Assembly (NCBI RefSeq): GCF_964355755.1
Contig: NC_092676.1
Span: forward strand, 1,431,788-1,495,787
Source: Antedon mediterranea
Taxonomy: Eukaryota; Animalia; Echinodermata
Direction: 5' to 3'
DNA: 64,000 bases
Shown here: positions 40,286-63,865 of the stretch, piece after piece
How the letters are laid out: each line of letters opens with the position of its first letter
How positions within the stretch are numbered: position 1 is the stretch's first letter
The notes under the pieces: model-generated
Database searches by the model: none
What the model was told of the DNA's origin: nothing
The model's input: only the letters and a program-made list of their open reading frames with translations
Position numbers and translations under genes: made by a program

Positions 40286-43200
40286 AATTTATAGTACAGT
40301 ATACAGCACTAATTTATAGTACAGTATACAGCACTAATTTATAGTACAGAATACAGCACTAATTTATAGTACAGTATACAGCACTAATTTATAGTACAGT
40401 ATACAGCACTAATTTATAGTACAGTATACAGCACTAATTTATAGTACAGTATACAGCACTAATTTATAGTACAGTATACAGCACTAATTTATAGTACAGT
40501 ATACAGCACTAATTTATAGTACAGTATACAGCACTAATTTATAGTACAGAATACAGCACTAATTTATAGTACAGTATACAGCACTAATTTATAGTACAGT
40601 ATACAGCACTAATTTATAGTACAGTATGCAGCACTAATTTATAGTACAGTATGCAGCACTAATTTATAGTACAGTATGCAGCACTAATTTATAGTACAGT
40701 ATACAGCACTAATTTATAGTACAGTATACAGCACTAATTTATAGTACAGTATACAGCACTAATTTATAGTACAGTATACAGCACTAATTTATAGTACAGT
40801 ATACAGCACTAATTTATAGTACAGTATACAGCACTAATTTATAGTACAGTATACAGCACTAATTTATAGTACAGTATACAGCACTAATTTATAGTACAGT
40901 ATACAGCACTAATTTATAGTACAGTATACAGCACTAATTTATAGTACAGTATACAGCACTAATTTATAGTACAGTATACAGCACTAATTTATAGTACAGT
41001 ATACAGCACTAATTTATAGTACAGTATACAGCACTAATTTATAGTACAGTATACAGCACTAATTTATAGTACAGTATACAGCACTAATTTATAGTACAGT
41101 ATGCAGCACTAATTTATAGTACAGTATGCAGCACTAATTTATAGTACAGTATACAGCACTAATTTATAGTACAGTATACAGCACTAATTTATAGTACAGT
41201 ATACAGCACTAATTTATAGTACAGTATACAGCACTAATTTATAGTACAGTATACAGCACTAATTTATAGTACAGAATACAGCACTAATTTATAGTACAGT
41301 ATACAGCACTAATTTATAGTACAGAATACAGCACTAATTTATAGTACAGTATACAGCACTAATTTATAGTACAGAATACAGCACTAATTTATAGTACAGT
41401 ATACAGCACTAATTTATAGTACAGTATACAGCACTAATTTATAGTACAGTATACAGCACTAATTTATAGTACAGTATACAGCACTAATTTATAGTACTGA
41501 GTATACAGCACTAATTTATAGTACAGTATACAGCACTAATTTATAGTACAGTATACAGCACTAATTTATAGTACAGTATACAGCACTAATTTATAGTACA
41601 GAATACAGCACTAATTTATAGTACAGTATACAGCACTAATTTATAGTACAGTATACAGCACTAATTTATAGTACAGAATACAGCACTAATTTATAGTACA
41701 GTATACAGCACTAATTTATAGTACAGTATACAGCACTAATTTATAGTACAGTATACAGCACTAATTTATAGTACAGTATACAGCACTAATTTATAGTACA
41801 GTATACAGCACTAATTTATAGTACAGAATACAGCACTAATTTATAGTACAGTATACAGCACTAATTTATAGTACAGTATACAGCACTAATTTATAGTACA
41901 GAATACAGCACTAATTTATAGTACAGTATACAGCACTAATTTATAGTACAGTATACAGCACTAATTTATAGTACAGTATACAGCACTAATTTATAGTACA
42001 GTATACAGCACTAATTTATAGTACAGTATACAGCACTAATTTATAGTACAGTATACAGCACTAATTTATAGTACAGTATACAGCACTAATTTATAGTACA
42101 GTATACAGCACTAATTTATAGTACAGTATACAGCACTAATTTATAGTACAGTATACAGCACTAATTTATAGTACAGTATACAGCACTAATTTATAGTACA
42201 GAATACAGCACTAATTTATAGTACAGTATACAGCACTAATTTATAGTACAGTATACAGCACTAATTTATAGTACAGTATACAGCACTAATTTATAGTACA
42301 GTATACAGCACTAATTTATAGTACAGAATACAGCACTAATTTATAGTACAGTATACAGCACTAATTTATAGTACAGTATACAGCACTAATTTATAGTACA
42401 GTATACAGCACTAATTTATAGTACAGTATACAGCACTAATTTATAGTACAGTATACAGCACTAATTTATAGTACAGAATACAGCACTAATTTATAGTACA
42501 GTATACAGCACTAATTTATAGTACAGTATACAGCACTAATTTATAGTACAGTATACAGCACTAATTTATAGTACAGTATACAGCACTAATTTATAGTACA
42601 GTATACAGCACTAATTTATAGTACAGTATACAGCACTAATTTATAGTACAGTATACAGCACTAATTTATAGTACAGTATACAGCACTAATTTATAGTACA
42701 GTATACAGCACTAATTTATAGTACAGTATACAGCACTAATTTATAGTACAGTATACAGCACTAATTTATAGTACAGTATACAGCACTAATTTATAGTACA
42801 GTATACAGCACTAATTTATAGTACAGTATACAGCACTAATTTATAGTACAGAATACAGCACTAATTTATAGTACAGTATACAGCACTAATTTATAGTACA
42901 GTATACAGCACTAATTTATAGTACAGTATACAGCACTAATTTATAGTACAGTATACAGCACTAATTTATAGTACAGTATACAGCACTAATTTATAGTACA
43001 GTATACAGCACTAATTTATAGTACAGTATACAGCACTAATTTATAGTACAGAATACAGCACTAATTTATAGTACAGTATACAGCACTAATTTATAGTACA
43101 GTATACAGCACTAATTTATAGTACTGAGTATACAGCACTAATTTATAGTACAGTATACAGCACTAATTTATAGTACAGTATACAGCACTAATTTATAGTA

Positions 43201-45561
43201 CAGTATACAGCACTAATTTATAGTACAGTATACAGCACTAATTTATAGTACAGTATACAGCACTAATTTATAGTACAGTATACAGCACTAATTTATAGTA
43301 CAGTATACAGCACTAATTTATAGTACAGTATACAGCACTAATTTATAGTACAGTATACAGCACTAATTTATAGTACAGTATACAGCACTAATTTATAGTA
43401 CAGTATACAGCACTAATTTATAGTACAGTATACAGCACTAATTTATAGTACAGAATACAGCACTAATTTATAGTACAGTATACAGCACTAATTTATAGTA
43501 CAGTATACAGCACTAATTTATAGTACAGTATACAGCACTAATTTATAGTACAGTATACAGCACTAATTTATAGTACTGAGTATACAGCACTAATTTATAG
43601 TACAGTATACAGCACTAATTTATAGTACAGTATACAGCACTAATTTATAGTACAGTATACAGCACTAATTTATAGTACAGTATACAGCACTAATTTATAG
43701 TACAGTATACAGCACTAATTTATAGTACAGTATACAGCACTAATTTATAGTACAGTATACAGCACTAATTTATAGTACAGTATACAGCACTAATTTATAG
43801 TACAGTATACAGCACTAATTTATAGTACAGTATACAGCACTAATTTATAGTACAGAATACAGCACTAATTTATAGTACAGTATACAGCACTAATTTATAG
43901 TACAGTATACAGCACTAATTTATAGTACAGTATACAGCACTAATTTATAGTACAGAATACAGCACTAATTTATAGTACTGAGTATACAGCACTAATTTAT
44001 AGTACAGTATACAGCACTAATTTATAGTACAGTATACAGCACTAATTTATAGTACAGTATACAGCACTAATTTATAGTACAGAATACAGCACTAATTTAT
44101 AGTACTGAGTATACAGCACTAATTTATAGTACAGTATACAGCACTAATTTATAGTACAGTATACAGCACTAATTTATAGTACAGTATACAGCACTAATTT
44201 ATAGTACAGTATACAGCACTAATTTATAGTACAGTATACAGCACTAATTTATAGTACAGTATACAGCACTAATTTACAGTACAGTATACAGCACTAATTT
44301 ATAGTACAGTATACAGCACTAATTTATAGTACAGTATACAGCACTAATTTATAGTACAGTATACAGCACTAATTTATAGTACAGTATACAGCACTAATTT
44401 ATAGTACAGTATACAGCACTAATTTATAGTACAGTATACAGCACTAATTTATAGTACAGTATACAGCACTAATTTATAGTACAGTATACAGCACTAATTT
44501 ATAGTACAGTATACAGCACTAATTTATAGTACAGTATACAGCACTAATTTATAGTACAGTATACAGCACTAATTTATAGTACAGTATACAGCACTAATTT
44601 ATAGTACAGTATACAGCACTAATTTATAGTACAGTATACAGCACTAATTTATAGTACAGTATACAGCACTAATTTATAGTACAGTATACAGCACTAATTT
44701 ATAGTACAGTATACAGCACTAATTTATAGTACAGTATACAGCACTAATTTATAGTACAGTATACAGCACTAATTTATAGTACAGTATACAGCACTAATTT
44801 ATAGTACAGTATACAGCACTAATTTATAGTACAGTATACAGCACTAATTTATAGTACAGTATACAGCACTAATTTATAGTACAGTATACAGCACTAATTT
44901 ATAGTACTGAGTATACAGCACTAATTTATAGTACAGTATACAGCACTAATTTATAGTACAGTATACAGCACTAATTTATAGTACAGTATACAGCACTAAT
45001 TTATAGTACAGTATACAGCACTAATTTATAGTACAGTATACAGCACTAATTTATAGTACAGAATACAGCACTAATTTATAGTACAGTATACAGCACTAAT
45101 TTATAGTACAGTATACAGCACTAATTTATAGTACAGTATACAGCACTAATTTATAGTACAGTATACAGCACTAATTTATAGTACAGTATACAGCACTAAT
45201 TTATAGTACAGTATACAGCACTAATTTATAGTACTGAGTATACAGCACTAATTTATAGTACAGTATACAGCACTAATTTATAGTACAGTATACAGCACTA
45301 ATTTATAGTACAGTATACAGCACTAATTTATAGTACAGTATACAGCACTAATTTATAGTACAGTATACAGCACTAATTTATAGTACTGAGTATACAGCAC
45401 TAATTTATAGTACTGAGTATACAGCACTAATTTATAGTACAGTATACAGCACTAATTTATAGTACAGTATACAGCACTAATTTATAGTACAGTATACAGC
45501 ACTAATTTATAGTACAGTATACAGCACTAATTTATAGTACTGAGTATACAGCACTAATTTA
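40286..45561. repeat. 25-bp satellite, ~210 copies, 5.3 kb
   Basis: Unit AATTTATAGTACAGTATACAGCACT, with rare variants (AGAATA, ATGCAG, +TG). Confidence 0.98.
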
Positions 45562-45589
45562 TTTCAGTAATTTTCTGAAGCTGAAATAA

Positions 45590-46310
45590 TGGAAAAGGAA
45601 GCCTGCCATTGGTTCTTCCAATGACGCAACCAAGTAATTTGACCAATAACAAGCCACGATCGGTGATACTGCTCAGGGATTGGTCAACTTGTGGCACGTA
45701 TACATCATCAGTCCTGGTGGTTCTGTTTCGTTTCCGATTTATTCGAAAACAGTTGATCATAATATAAATCCAACAACCGGAAAACTTGTGGGACAATTCT
45801 TTTGTGATTTATTATAAACTATAAAAAGGAAAACTAAAACCAAGTCTTGTTAAAATTAACTATTGAAAATGAACGGATTACGGATGGATAAAAATAATAA
45901 TATGTATGTGTATGTGATTTAATATTTGTTTGTATCTCAAATAAAATGATTGTAAATGAGAACAGAAGTTTAGGACGAAAAAACGACAATAGTTATGTTA
46001 CAATATTCAGTAGTACTACTACTAGTAGACGGATATTGATATAATATTATTATTTAGACGGAAGTATGCCGCCTGATTCATAAACTAAAATTGTTGTGGT
46101 TTTCGCATTGAATACATTGTGGTGGCGCTATTTTGTTACAAATATTTTGTTTTCAAATACAATAATAGAGAGCGTTCACACGACAATGGAATGGAATGTG
46201 ATCGCTGCCAATTCTCACTACCTGTGGAATTTCCCAGAAGGCATCATTAAAATGGAGGATTGTCAGCTAAAGTGAAGTTTTTTAGTCGTATCGAAAACAT
46301 CAAGAATGTG
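45590..46310 (+). promoter_or_regulatory. LATS promoter and probable non-coding exon 1
   Basis: CCAAT cluster 45605-45690, ETS-like CGGAAGT (~46059), GGAATG x2 (46187-46200), YY1-like AAAATGG (~46249), donor 46307|GTGAGT, next acceptor ~47113. Confidence 0.6.
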
Positions 46311-47456
46311 AGTGAAATAAGTCGACAAATGTGTTTTATAAAGTAAGAATTGACAAAATAGAAATCCTGAATCATTTAGTAATGTTTTTAAAATGTTACT
46401 GTATATTTTATAATTTTTATTTCGTGTTATAAAATTGATTTTACGCTTGTGATTTTAGCTTGGTGGGGGTGGTTGTTGTCGGCGATCCATGCATTTGGTG
46501 GTGGTGGTAGGTTGGGTTTGAGTTACGTATACCAACCTCTACTACTGGGCCTAGAATCTGCGGTTTTAGGGTTTGGTCACAGTAAATTCTTAATCAAAAA
46601 TTAGATAAATAGAAATTAGACCAGGCCTAGTTAACTGATATCAAGAATATACATATGTTCTAAAACATTGTGAACACTTCCTTTTCGAAAACAAAAAAGG
46701 GAAACATTTTCCCCATGTTTTTCTTATTGTTGATTAGCCTAGGCTAGGCCTAGGTAGGTAGGCCTCTAGTAGCTAGGCCTCTAGTAGCTAAGGTCTGAGG
46801 GCCTACATATAAATGGACCAATGGGTACCCACTATCCCTATAGCCTATTAATTCATGGCAGTCTAAGGTCCCTAAAATAGTAATAATAATAATAGATAGC
46901 CCTAGCCTCTCTAGTTGGGATGAAATTATTGGGTGATCAACATTGTTCTAAATTCCATCCACACGTTTTAACAAATATGTAAATTAATTGTTTTTATTTT
47001 CCGTGTCACACAAACGTCTTATTAATTAGAATTTCATGTGGTAATGTTTTAATGAGTTTTTCATTTATTATACATTAAATACAAGATATATTTTATAATA
47101 TTATGTTATGCAGCGAGCAGCTTCTAGAGAAGTCTATTAATTAATTGGTGTCCAAAAAGTCGAGGGTGGATCGAAATAAGTATTAAACAGTACAGTACTT
47201 GCTGGTACCTGAAGTTATTTTGGATGGGTGCTGTGTTAAAATTAGTCTGGTAGGTGGAAAACTGAAAAGTATTCCTTATTCTTGTGATACTGTACATTTA
47301 CAAACACGTCTTCTTTATCATTGCAGGGTAACTGTTCAACATGGCCTCATTAAAGACTATCAGTTTATTTGTGAAAGGATAAAAATGACACTGTAGTGAG
47401 ATACTAACTGTGAACATTGTATCCGGTGGCGGCGGCAGCGGGCAGCAGTGTGAAGG

Positions 47457-51775
<4,319 letters not shown>

Positions 51776-53128
51776 CGCCATTTGCAATCATTAAAGCTGC
51801 AAACATAATGATTTAGTAAAACGTTAATTATTTCTGATTCGCAACTCAGTTCATTTATTTAATATTATTCATTTTTATTAACGTAATAATAAATTATCTG
51901 GAATGAATTGTGGGTAATTTGAGCTGTGCATCATGGGTAGCTATGTAAAATTATATATTATTGCTTTGCAGCCACGTTGATTTATTTTTTTTATATATAT
52001 ATTTTGATATTTATATGCTTGTACAATATTGATAGAAACTTGAAAAATTCCAGAAAATGTGTTTTAAAAGCTAAGACGTGCTGTGAAGTTGGGTCTCTTT
52101 AAGTCAGCTGTACTGCAGTAGTACAGTTGTTAGCTATTACCCTCGTGAAACAAAGTTAAATAAGTAAATAGGGTTAGAAGGTTGGGTGGTTTCAGACGGT
52201 AATCAACTGGATGCTTTACAGATATAGGATCTAAATCGCAGTGTAAACAGGGCTTTAATTTTACAACCAATAACTTATTGTGCATGATGCATTCTGGGAT
52301 CTAATCTGAGATTAGTGCAACTACAGTATTTTCATTGGTTCCTTATTAATAATATAATACTCTAAATTATATAATAGATTATATTTTGTTCCTTTTACTA
52401 GGCAATATTTTATTTTTGTTAACCTACTATGTGAATGGATTGTAATTAACACATAGGGTCACAAAACAGAATGTAATTTTGTTAGGATGGCCTTAACATT
52501 ATATAACCTTGATTTTGGGTTTTTGTGAAAGAAAAAATGTTCTAAATATTTTATTTTCATAATGAATCTTTGAAGGTGTGCTTAGGGATAAAAGAACAGT
52601 TTAGTAAATTAAATATACTAGTTTGAATTTGGTGAAAGAGTGAAAAAAGGTTTTAAAAAATACAACATAACCATGCTAATTTTAAACATGATCTCGTAAT
52701 CGAATCGAAAATATCTCATTTAACTGAAGAACCGATTTTATTTGTATGAAGAAATGTATCTGGTTGGATTTGAACTTTGCAAACTTCACCAGCAGGTCGA
52801 GTATTATCCATTAGACCACAAAATATCATGTTGAAATATGAGTATTGTTTCTATAATTTATGATTTATATATACAGTGCTACGCAACAATCCTAATTATA
52901 ATATTTAAATAATACTAATGCCTTGGGTCTAGTGTTTTATATTTAAGAGTAGCACAAACTGTACCTTGTATATACCTTGTGTTTTGTGCACCTTGTTGTA
53001 CAGAGATGTCAAATCTATATAGCGGTGTTAAGATGGTGGTCTTAAATAAACCCTATCAATTCCACTACTATTAAAAGCTATTATATTTGCAAGAAATATC
53101 AAATAAAAGTTTATGTTATGGTATTGCT

Positions 53129-55265
53129 TTTTAAAATTCAATTATTAGGCCATAATATTGCCATACAAGCGCATATATAGTGTTATCATTATCTTAAAGT
53201 GCCATAGTAACTACTTTAACATGCGCAGAGTCGAATAATGTGTTCTGCGCATGTCAATTGTGCTATAGTAACCAGTTTTATCGAGAAAAAAAATGGTTAC
53301 TTTAGCATAATAAACATGCGCAGAGGCGAATAATGGGTTCTGCGCATGTCAATTGTGCTATAGTAACCAGTTTTGACATAAATGGTTACTATAGCATAAT
53401 AAACATGCGCAGAGGCGAATAATGGGTTCTGCGCATGTCAATTGTGCTATAGTAACCAGTTTTATCGAAAAATAAAAAGTTCGAAAAATCAACATTTTTT
53501 GAAAAGTCCCTGTACTATAGTACAGGAAAATTTTCGAAAAATGGCCGATTTTCGACCCTTTTATTTTTAGAAATAAATGGTTACTATTGCATAATAAACA
53601 TGCGCAGAGACAAATAATGGGTTCTGTGCATGTCAATTGTGCTATAGTAACCAGTTTTGACATAAATGGTTACTATAGCATAATAAACATGCGCAGAGGC
53701 GAATAATGGGTTCTGCGCATGTCAATTGTGCTATAGTAACCAGTTTTATCGAAAAATAAAAAGTTCGAAAAATCAAAATTTTTTGAAAAATCCCTGTACT
53801 ATAGTACAGGAAAATTTTCGAAAAATGGCCGATTTTCGACCCTTTTATTTTTAGAAATAAATGGTTACTATTGCATAATAAACATGCGCAGAGACAAATA
53901 ATGGGTTCTGCGCATGTCAATTGTGCTATAGTAACAAGTTTTGACATAAATGGTTACTATAGCATAATAAACATGCGCAGAGGCAAATAATGGGTTCTGC
54001 GCATGTCAATTGTGCTATAATAACCAGTTTTATCGAAAAATAAAAAGTTCGAAAATTCACCATTTTTTGAAAAAATCCCTGTACTATAGTACAGGAAAAT
54101 TTTCGAAAAATGGCCGATTTTCGACCCTTTTATTTTTAGAAATAAATGGTTACTATTGCATAATAAACATGCGCAGAGACAAATAATGGGTTCTGCGCAA
54201 GTCAATTGTGCTATAGTAACAAGTTTTGACATAAATGGTTACTATAGCATAATAAACATGCGCAGAGGCAAATAATGGGTTCTGCGCATGTCAATTGTGC
54301 TATAATAACCAGTTTTATCGAAAAATAAAAAGTTCGAAAATTCACCATTTTTTGAAAAAACCCTGTAGGCTACTATAGTACAGGAAAATTTTCGAAAAAT
54401 GGCCGATTTTCGACCCTTTTATTTTTAGAAATAAATGGTTACTATTGCATAATAAACATGCGCAGAGACAAATAATGGGTTCTGCGCAAGTCAATTGTGC
54501 TATAGTAACAAGTTTTGACATAAATGGTTACTATAGCATAATAAACATGCGCAGAGGCAAATAATGGGTTCTGCGCATGCCAATTGTGCTATAATAACCA
54601 GTTTTATCGAAAAATAAAAAGTTCGAAAATTCACCATTTTTTGAAAAAATCCCTGTACTATAGTACAGGAAAATTTTCGAAAAATGGCCGATTTTCGACC
54701 CTTTTATTTTTAGAAATAAATGGTTACTATTGCATAATAAACATGCGCAGAGACAAATAATGGGTTCTGCGCATGTCAATTGTGCTATAGTAACAAGTTT
54801 TGACATAAATGGTTACTATAGCATAATAAACATGCGCAGACTCCAATAATGTGTTCTGCGCATGTCAATTGTGCTATAGTAACCAGTTTTATCGAAAAAT
54901 AAAAAGGTCGAAAATTGGCCATTTTTAAAAAAAAATCCCTGTACTATAGTACAGGAAAATTTCAGAAAAATTGCCGATTTTCGACCCTTTTATTTTTTGA
55001 CATAAATGTTACTATTGCATAATAAACATGCGCAGAGACAAATAATGGGTTCTGTGCATGTCAATTGTGCTATAGTAACCAGTTTTATCGAAAATAAAAA
55101 GGTCAAAAAGTTTCCATTAAAAAAAAAAATCCCTGTACTATAGTACAGGGATTTTTTCTAAAATAGGCAAAACAGCCACTTTTTAAATTCAATTATTAGG
55201 CCATAATATTGTCATATAAGTGCATATATAGTGTTATCATCATCTTAAAGAGCCATAGTAACCAT
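53129..55265. repeat. Palindromic higher-order tandem array (~284-bp A-A-B units)
   Basis: A = GGTTACTATAGCA..ACATGCGCAGA..TCTGCGCATGT..TGCTATAGTAACC. B is centred on CCTGTACTATAGTACAGG. An ~80-bp direct repeat occurs at both ends. Confidence 0.95.
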
Positions 55266-55394
55266 TTATGTCCAAAAATTAAAAAAAGGGGAAATGTTCA
55301 CAATTTTGTAATGGTGTCACTGCAAAAATAAAAAAAAGGAAAAGATGGATGTACGTTAAGATATTTATTTCAGAAAGTTGACGTTACTAACTTG

Positions 55395-56299
55395 GGCGCT
55401 AGTTCCGTTTCGCACCTGTTTTTATTTCAACTTCCTTTTGACTCCAAATTGTTAAGCAACTTATTGTGAATACCACACCTTAAAATTGGGCCTCATAAGT
55501 ACTTTTATGAAGAAGAATCACATAAAAAGTAACAAATAAATCCTTAAATTGATGATTTTACAGACATGTTTCTCGTATACCGTTCGCCGCGAATTTAGCA
55601 TACTCGAAGTTCAATATTTTCGTTTCTATGGAGCGCCAAAAGAGCAACAACAATAGATGGTTAAAACCTCAGTGGAATGCGTCTTCTTTTAATGCATTTA
55701 TTATTGAAATACACGTTTAATTTTAATATATTTTGTCAATAAAAATGCTGTAACATTTTACTGCTAATAATTTGCTGTTTTCAAATAGCAACCAACCCTA
55801 GGCCTAAGAGTAAGACTAAGACTAACTAAGAGGCATATTATTTAGATTAAGGTATACCCCTACAGTACATGTAATATGATGATGAATTTGTCGATTTTCA
55901 TTCCTAAAAGCTCCTGCAAAAACCATGTACAGTATTAACAGTAATATTTTTGTTGCATTGACATTGACAAAATATGATAAAATTGAACGTAATTTTCACC
56001 AATAAATGCATTAAATATACACAATTTACTGAGTTTTTAGCCCTCTATTATGATTGCTCTTTTGGCGCTCCATAGAAACAACAACATTGAACATGATGGA
56101 GTATGCGAAATTCACGAACCGATGTGCGAGAAACACGTCTGTAAATTCATCAATTTAAAGGATTCATTTTTTACTTTTTGTGTGATCTCCTTTGTAAAAG
56201 TATTTTTGAGACTTAATTCTAAGGTGTGGTACTCACGATAAAGTTACTTAACCAATTTTGAGTCGAAATAAACGACAGGTGCGAAACGGAACTAGCGCC
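55395..56299. mobile_element. Non-autonomous foldback DNA transposon, Merlin-like
   Basis: Terminal IR GGCGCTAGTTCCGTTTCGCACCTGT; imperfect inverted arms ~55395-55740 and ~55963-56299; 8-bp duplication CTAACTTG at 55387-55394 and 56300-56307. GG termini plus an 8-bp TSD fit Merlin. Confidence 0.75.
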
Positions 56300-56322
56300 C
56301 TAACTTGTTTTTGTTTTTCTCG

Positions 56323-61877
<5,555 letters not shown>

Positions 61878-61879
61878 GT

Positions 61880-62130
61880 TGGAATCCAAAAATTCTGTTT
61901 ACCAAAACCATCGAAGCGTGAAAACATGTGCTTCACATTTAATTTATGTACGTCTGGACCTACCACAACTATGTTACTAAGATACAGACGCTTGTGGCGC
62001 CTGACAAAATCTTGTTTTTAATTTTGTGTTGTGATTTTTTGTTTTTTTTTCGATATTCATATAATAAAATTAAGTGGGTTTATTGAAGTAGCTTTTAGGC
62101 TCTTAGCTCAAGAGAGTGCAGCAGTGAGTA
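61880..62130. promoter_or_regulatory. Divergent RIOX2/CCDC83 promoter region
   Basis: The two ATGs are 749 bp apart head-to-head; a probable non-coding CCDC83 exon ends at the donor GTGAGT near 62124. Confidence 0.55.
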
Positions 62131-62625
62131 CTAGTAAGACTAGTCGGGCACTAGCCATACCTAGCTAGCCTATTTTAGGCCTGGTCTAGCCTACCTAGCG
62201 TACTAGCCAGGCTAGTAATAGTTAGGCCTAGCCTAGCTAGTACTACCCTAGTACCTAGTCGTCCTAGGCTAGCCTAGGCCAAATAAGTACAAGGTAGGAG
62301 AGGGTCGGGACAGGAGGACATGGCGCCTTCCTTGCTTGCTTAGAAATAGAAGTAGATACTTCATCCATGGAGGTATCTCCACGCTTCACTGTTGTTATAT
62401 ATCGGCTTACATTTATTTACTCTGCTGGGCTGGGGTCCTAAGACAAATTTTGGATTATTTGATTTAGCTGTAATAAAATAGTAAATATTGATTGAAACAT
62501 TTGACTTATTTACTTGTTTCCCGTACACTTGCGTCTACTTATTAAGTTTAAGTTTTCATCATAGTGTTTTAATTTGAAGGTGTGTTGAAACAGAATTAAC
62601 TAGCCTCTAGGCCTAAATACATAGC

Positions 62626-63865
62626 ATGGGGAAGAAAGGAAAGAAAAAAGATGGAAGTGGCAAGAAAAGTGGAAAGAAAAAGGGAGGAAAGAAAGGAAAA
62701 AAACCAAGTGAGCCTGAAATGACAATAAAGGAAGCAATATTGGCTTATCAGTAAGTTTGTTGAAACGACAATTAACTTAATTATAATTTAATAAATTGAA
62801 AATATATTAAAATGTGTGTACCTACCAACATGCTATACAAAATATAAATTATTTGTTTAATTTTACTAGAATAAATATAAAAGAGAAAAGCCTTGAAGAA
62901 TTTATGTATGAAATTAAAGGATTGGAAGAACAGAACACAAGGCATAAAGAACGAGTAAGTATGCTGGACAGGTTCAAAGTACATGGAATGGCAAGTAGAT
63001 TAAGTCTTGTACACAATGTACACTACAGTGTGTTCTGAGTTATGAGATGGTAACTGGTCTCAACAGAGCAGGGACTGTAGTTGTATCTGAAAAAAAAATA
63101 CTATTCTAAATATTTCATGCTGAATTTATAATTAAAATGTTTTTATCTTACAGAACCAGCGTTTAAAAGAAGAACAACTTTACCACATTAAAACATTATT
63201 AAAAGAAGCGAAAGACGACGACAAAGATGTTGAGCAGAAATCTGTGATTAGCAAAGCAGAAGTCGAGACAACGATGAAAGAGAAATGGGCGATAGAAAAA
63301 CAAGAACTTAAACATATCGAAGGTGTTTTCTTAGCAAATGATATTTCTAATATTTCGATTGTAGCTAATACAATTTGGCAATCGAAAGTAACCAGTGGTA
63401 TTTAAACTGTTACATACTTGCAAGAAATGTTAACCTATGCAAACTGGGTCACACTCACAGCCAGCATTCAATTTTCTCCACCCATCCCCAATTCCCCAGC
63501 ATAGATTGTCATATTTTATATAAATAATTATATTTAAAGCATCTTTGCCTCGTCTGTTTTTAACCTCTTGCTACGGCATTGGCAAAGCTAGATTTATGTT
63601 ACCATCAATTTACCATAGTCTATAAAAGTATTTAATAATAACTATAAAATGTGTATATTACTTCTTAAAAATTTGATTTATTTCATTTTTCTCTCAGAAA
63701 TTGAGCAGGAGATTGCAAAGAGAAAGCTTGAAGTTGAAGAAGCTAAAGGTCATGTGACTAAATGGCAGAACTACAAGGAAAAGGGAAGTCACGTGCACAC
63801 CAAACAAATCATTGTTCTGGAACATGAACTTGGTGACATGCAAAACAGCTTCCTGGAAATGCAAG
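62626..63865 (+). CDS. CCDC83: Coiled-coil domain-containing protein 83-like; 5' part, continues past the window
   Basis: Exons 62626-62750, 62870-62954, 63154-63322, 63698-63865. Segment EAILAYQINIKE..EEFMYEIK.L..N.RHKERNQRLKEEQLYHIK.LLKE..MKEKW resembles CCDC83 as I recall it. Confidence 0.78.

Noticed and set aside
40286-45561. Tandem arrays (also 8852-9446, 12657-13300, 34270-35176) as CRISPR arrays
   Set aside because: Head-to-tail units without unique spacers, no cas genes, eukaryotic context.
45554-45796. Minus-strand 80-aa ORF divergent from LATS
   Set aside because: No recognisable domain; it overlaps promoter-like CCAAT boxes and ends in the satellite.
53358-54806. Repeated minus-strand ORFs MSKLVTIAQLTCAEP..
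   Set aside because: Translations of the palindromic array; no coding features.
55860-55915. Alternative RIOX2 terminal exon (ELLGMKIDKFIIILHVL*) in the centre of the foldback element
   Set aside because: RIOX2 already ends with a homologous C-terminus at 56323; no supporting evidence.
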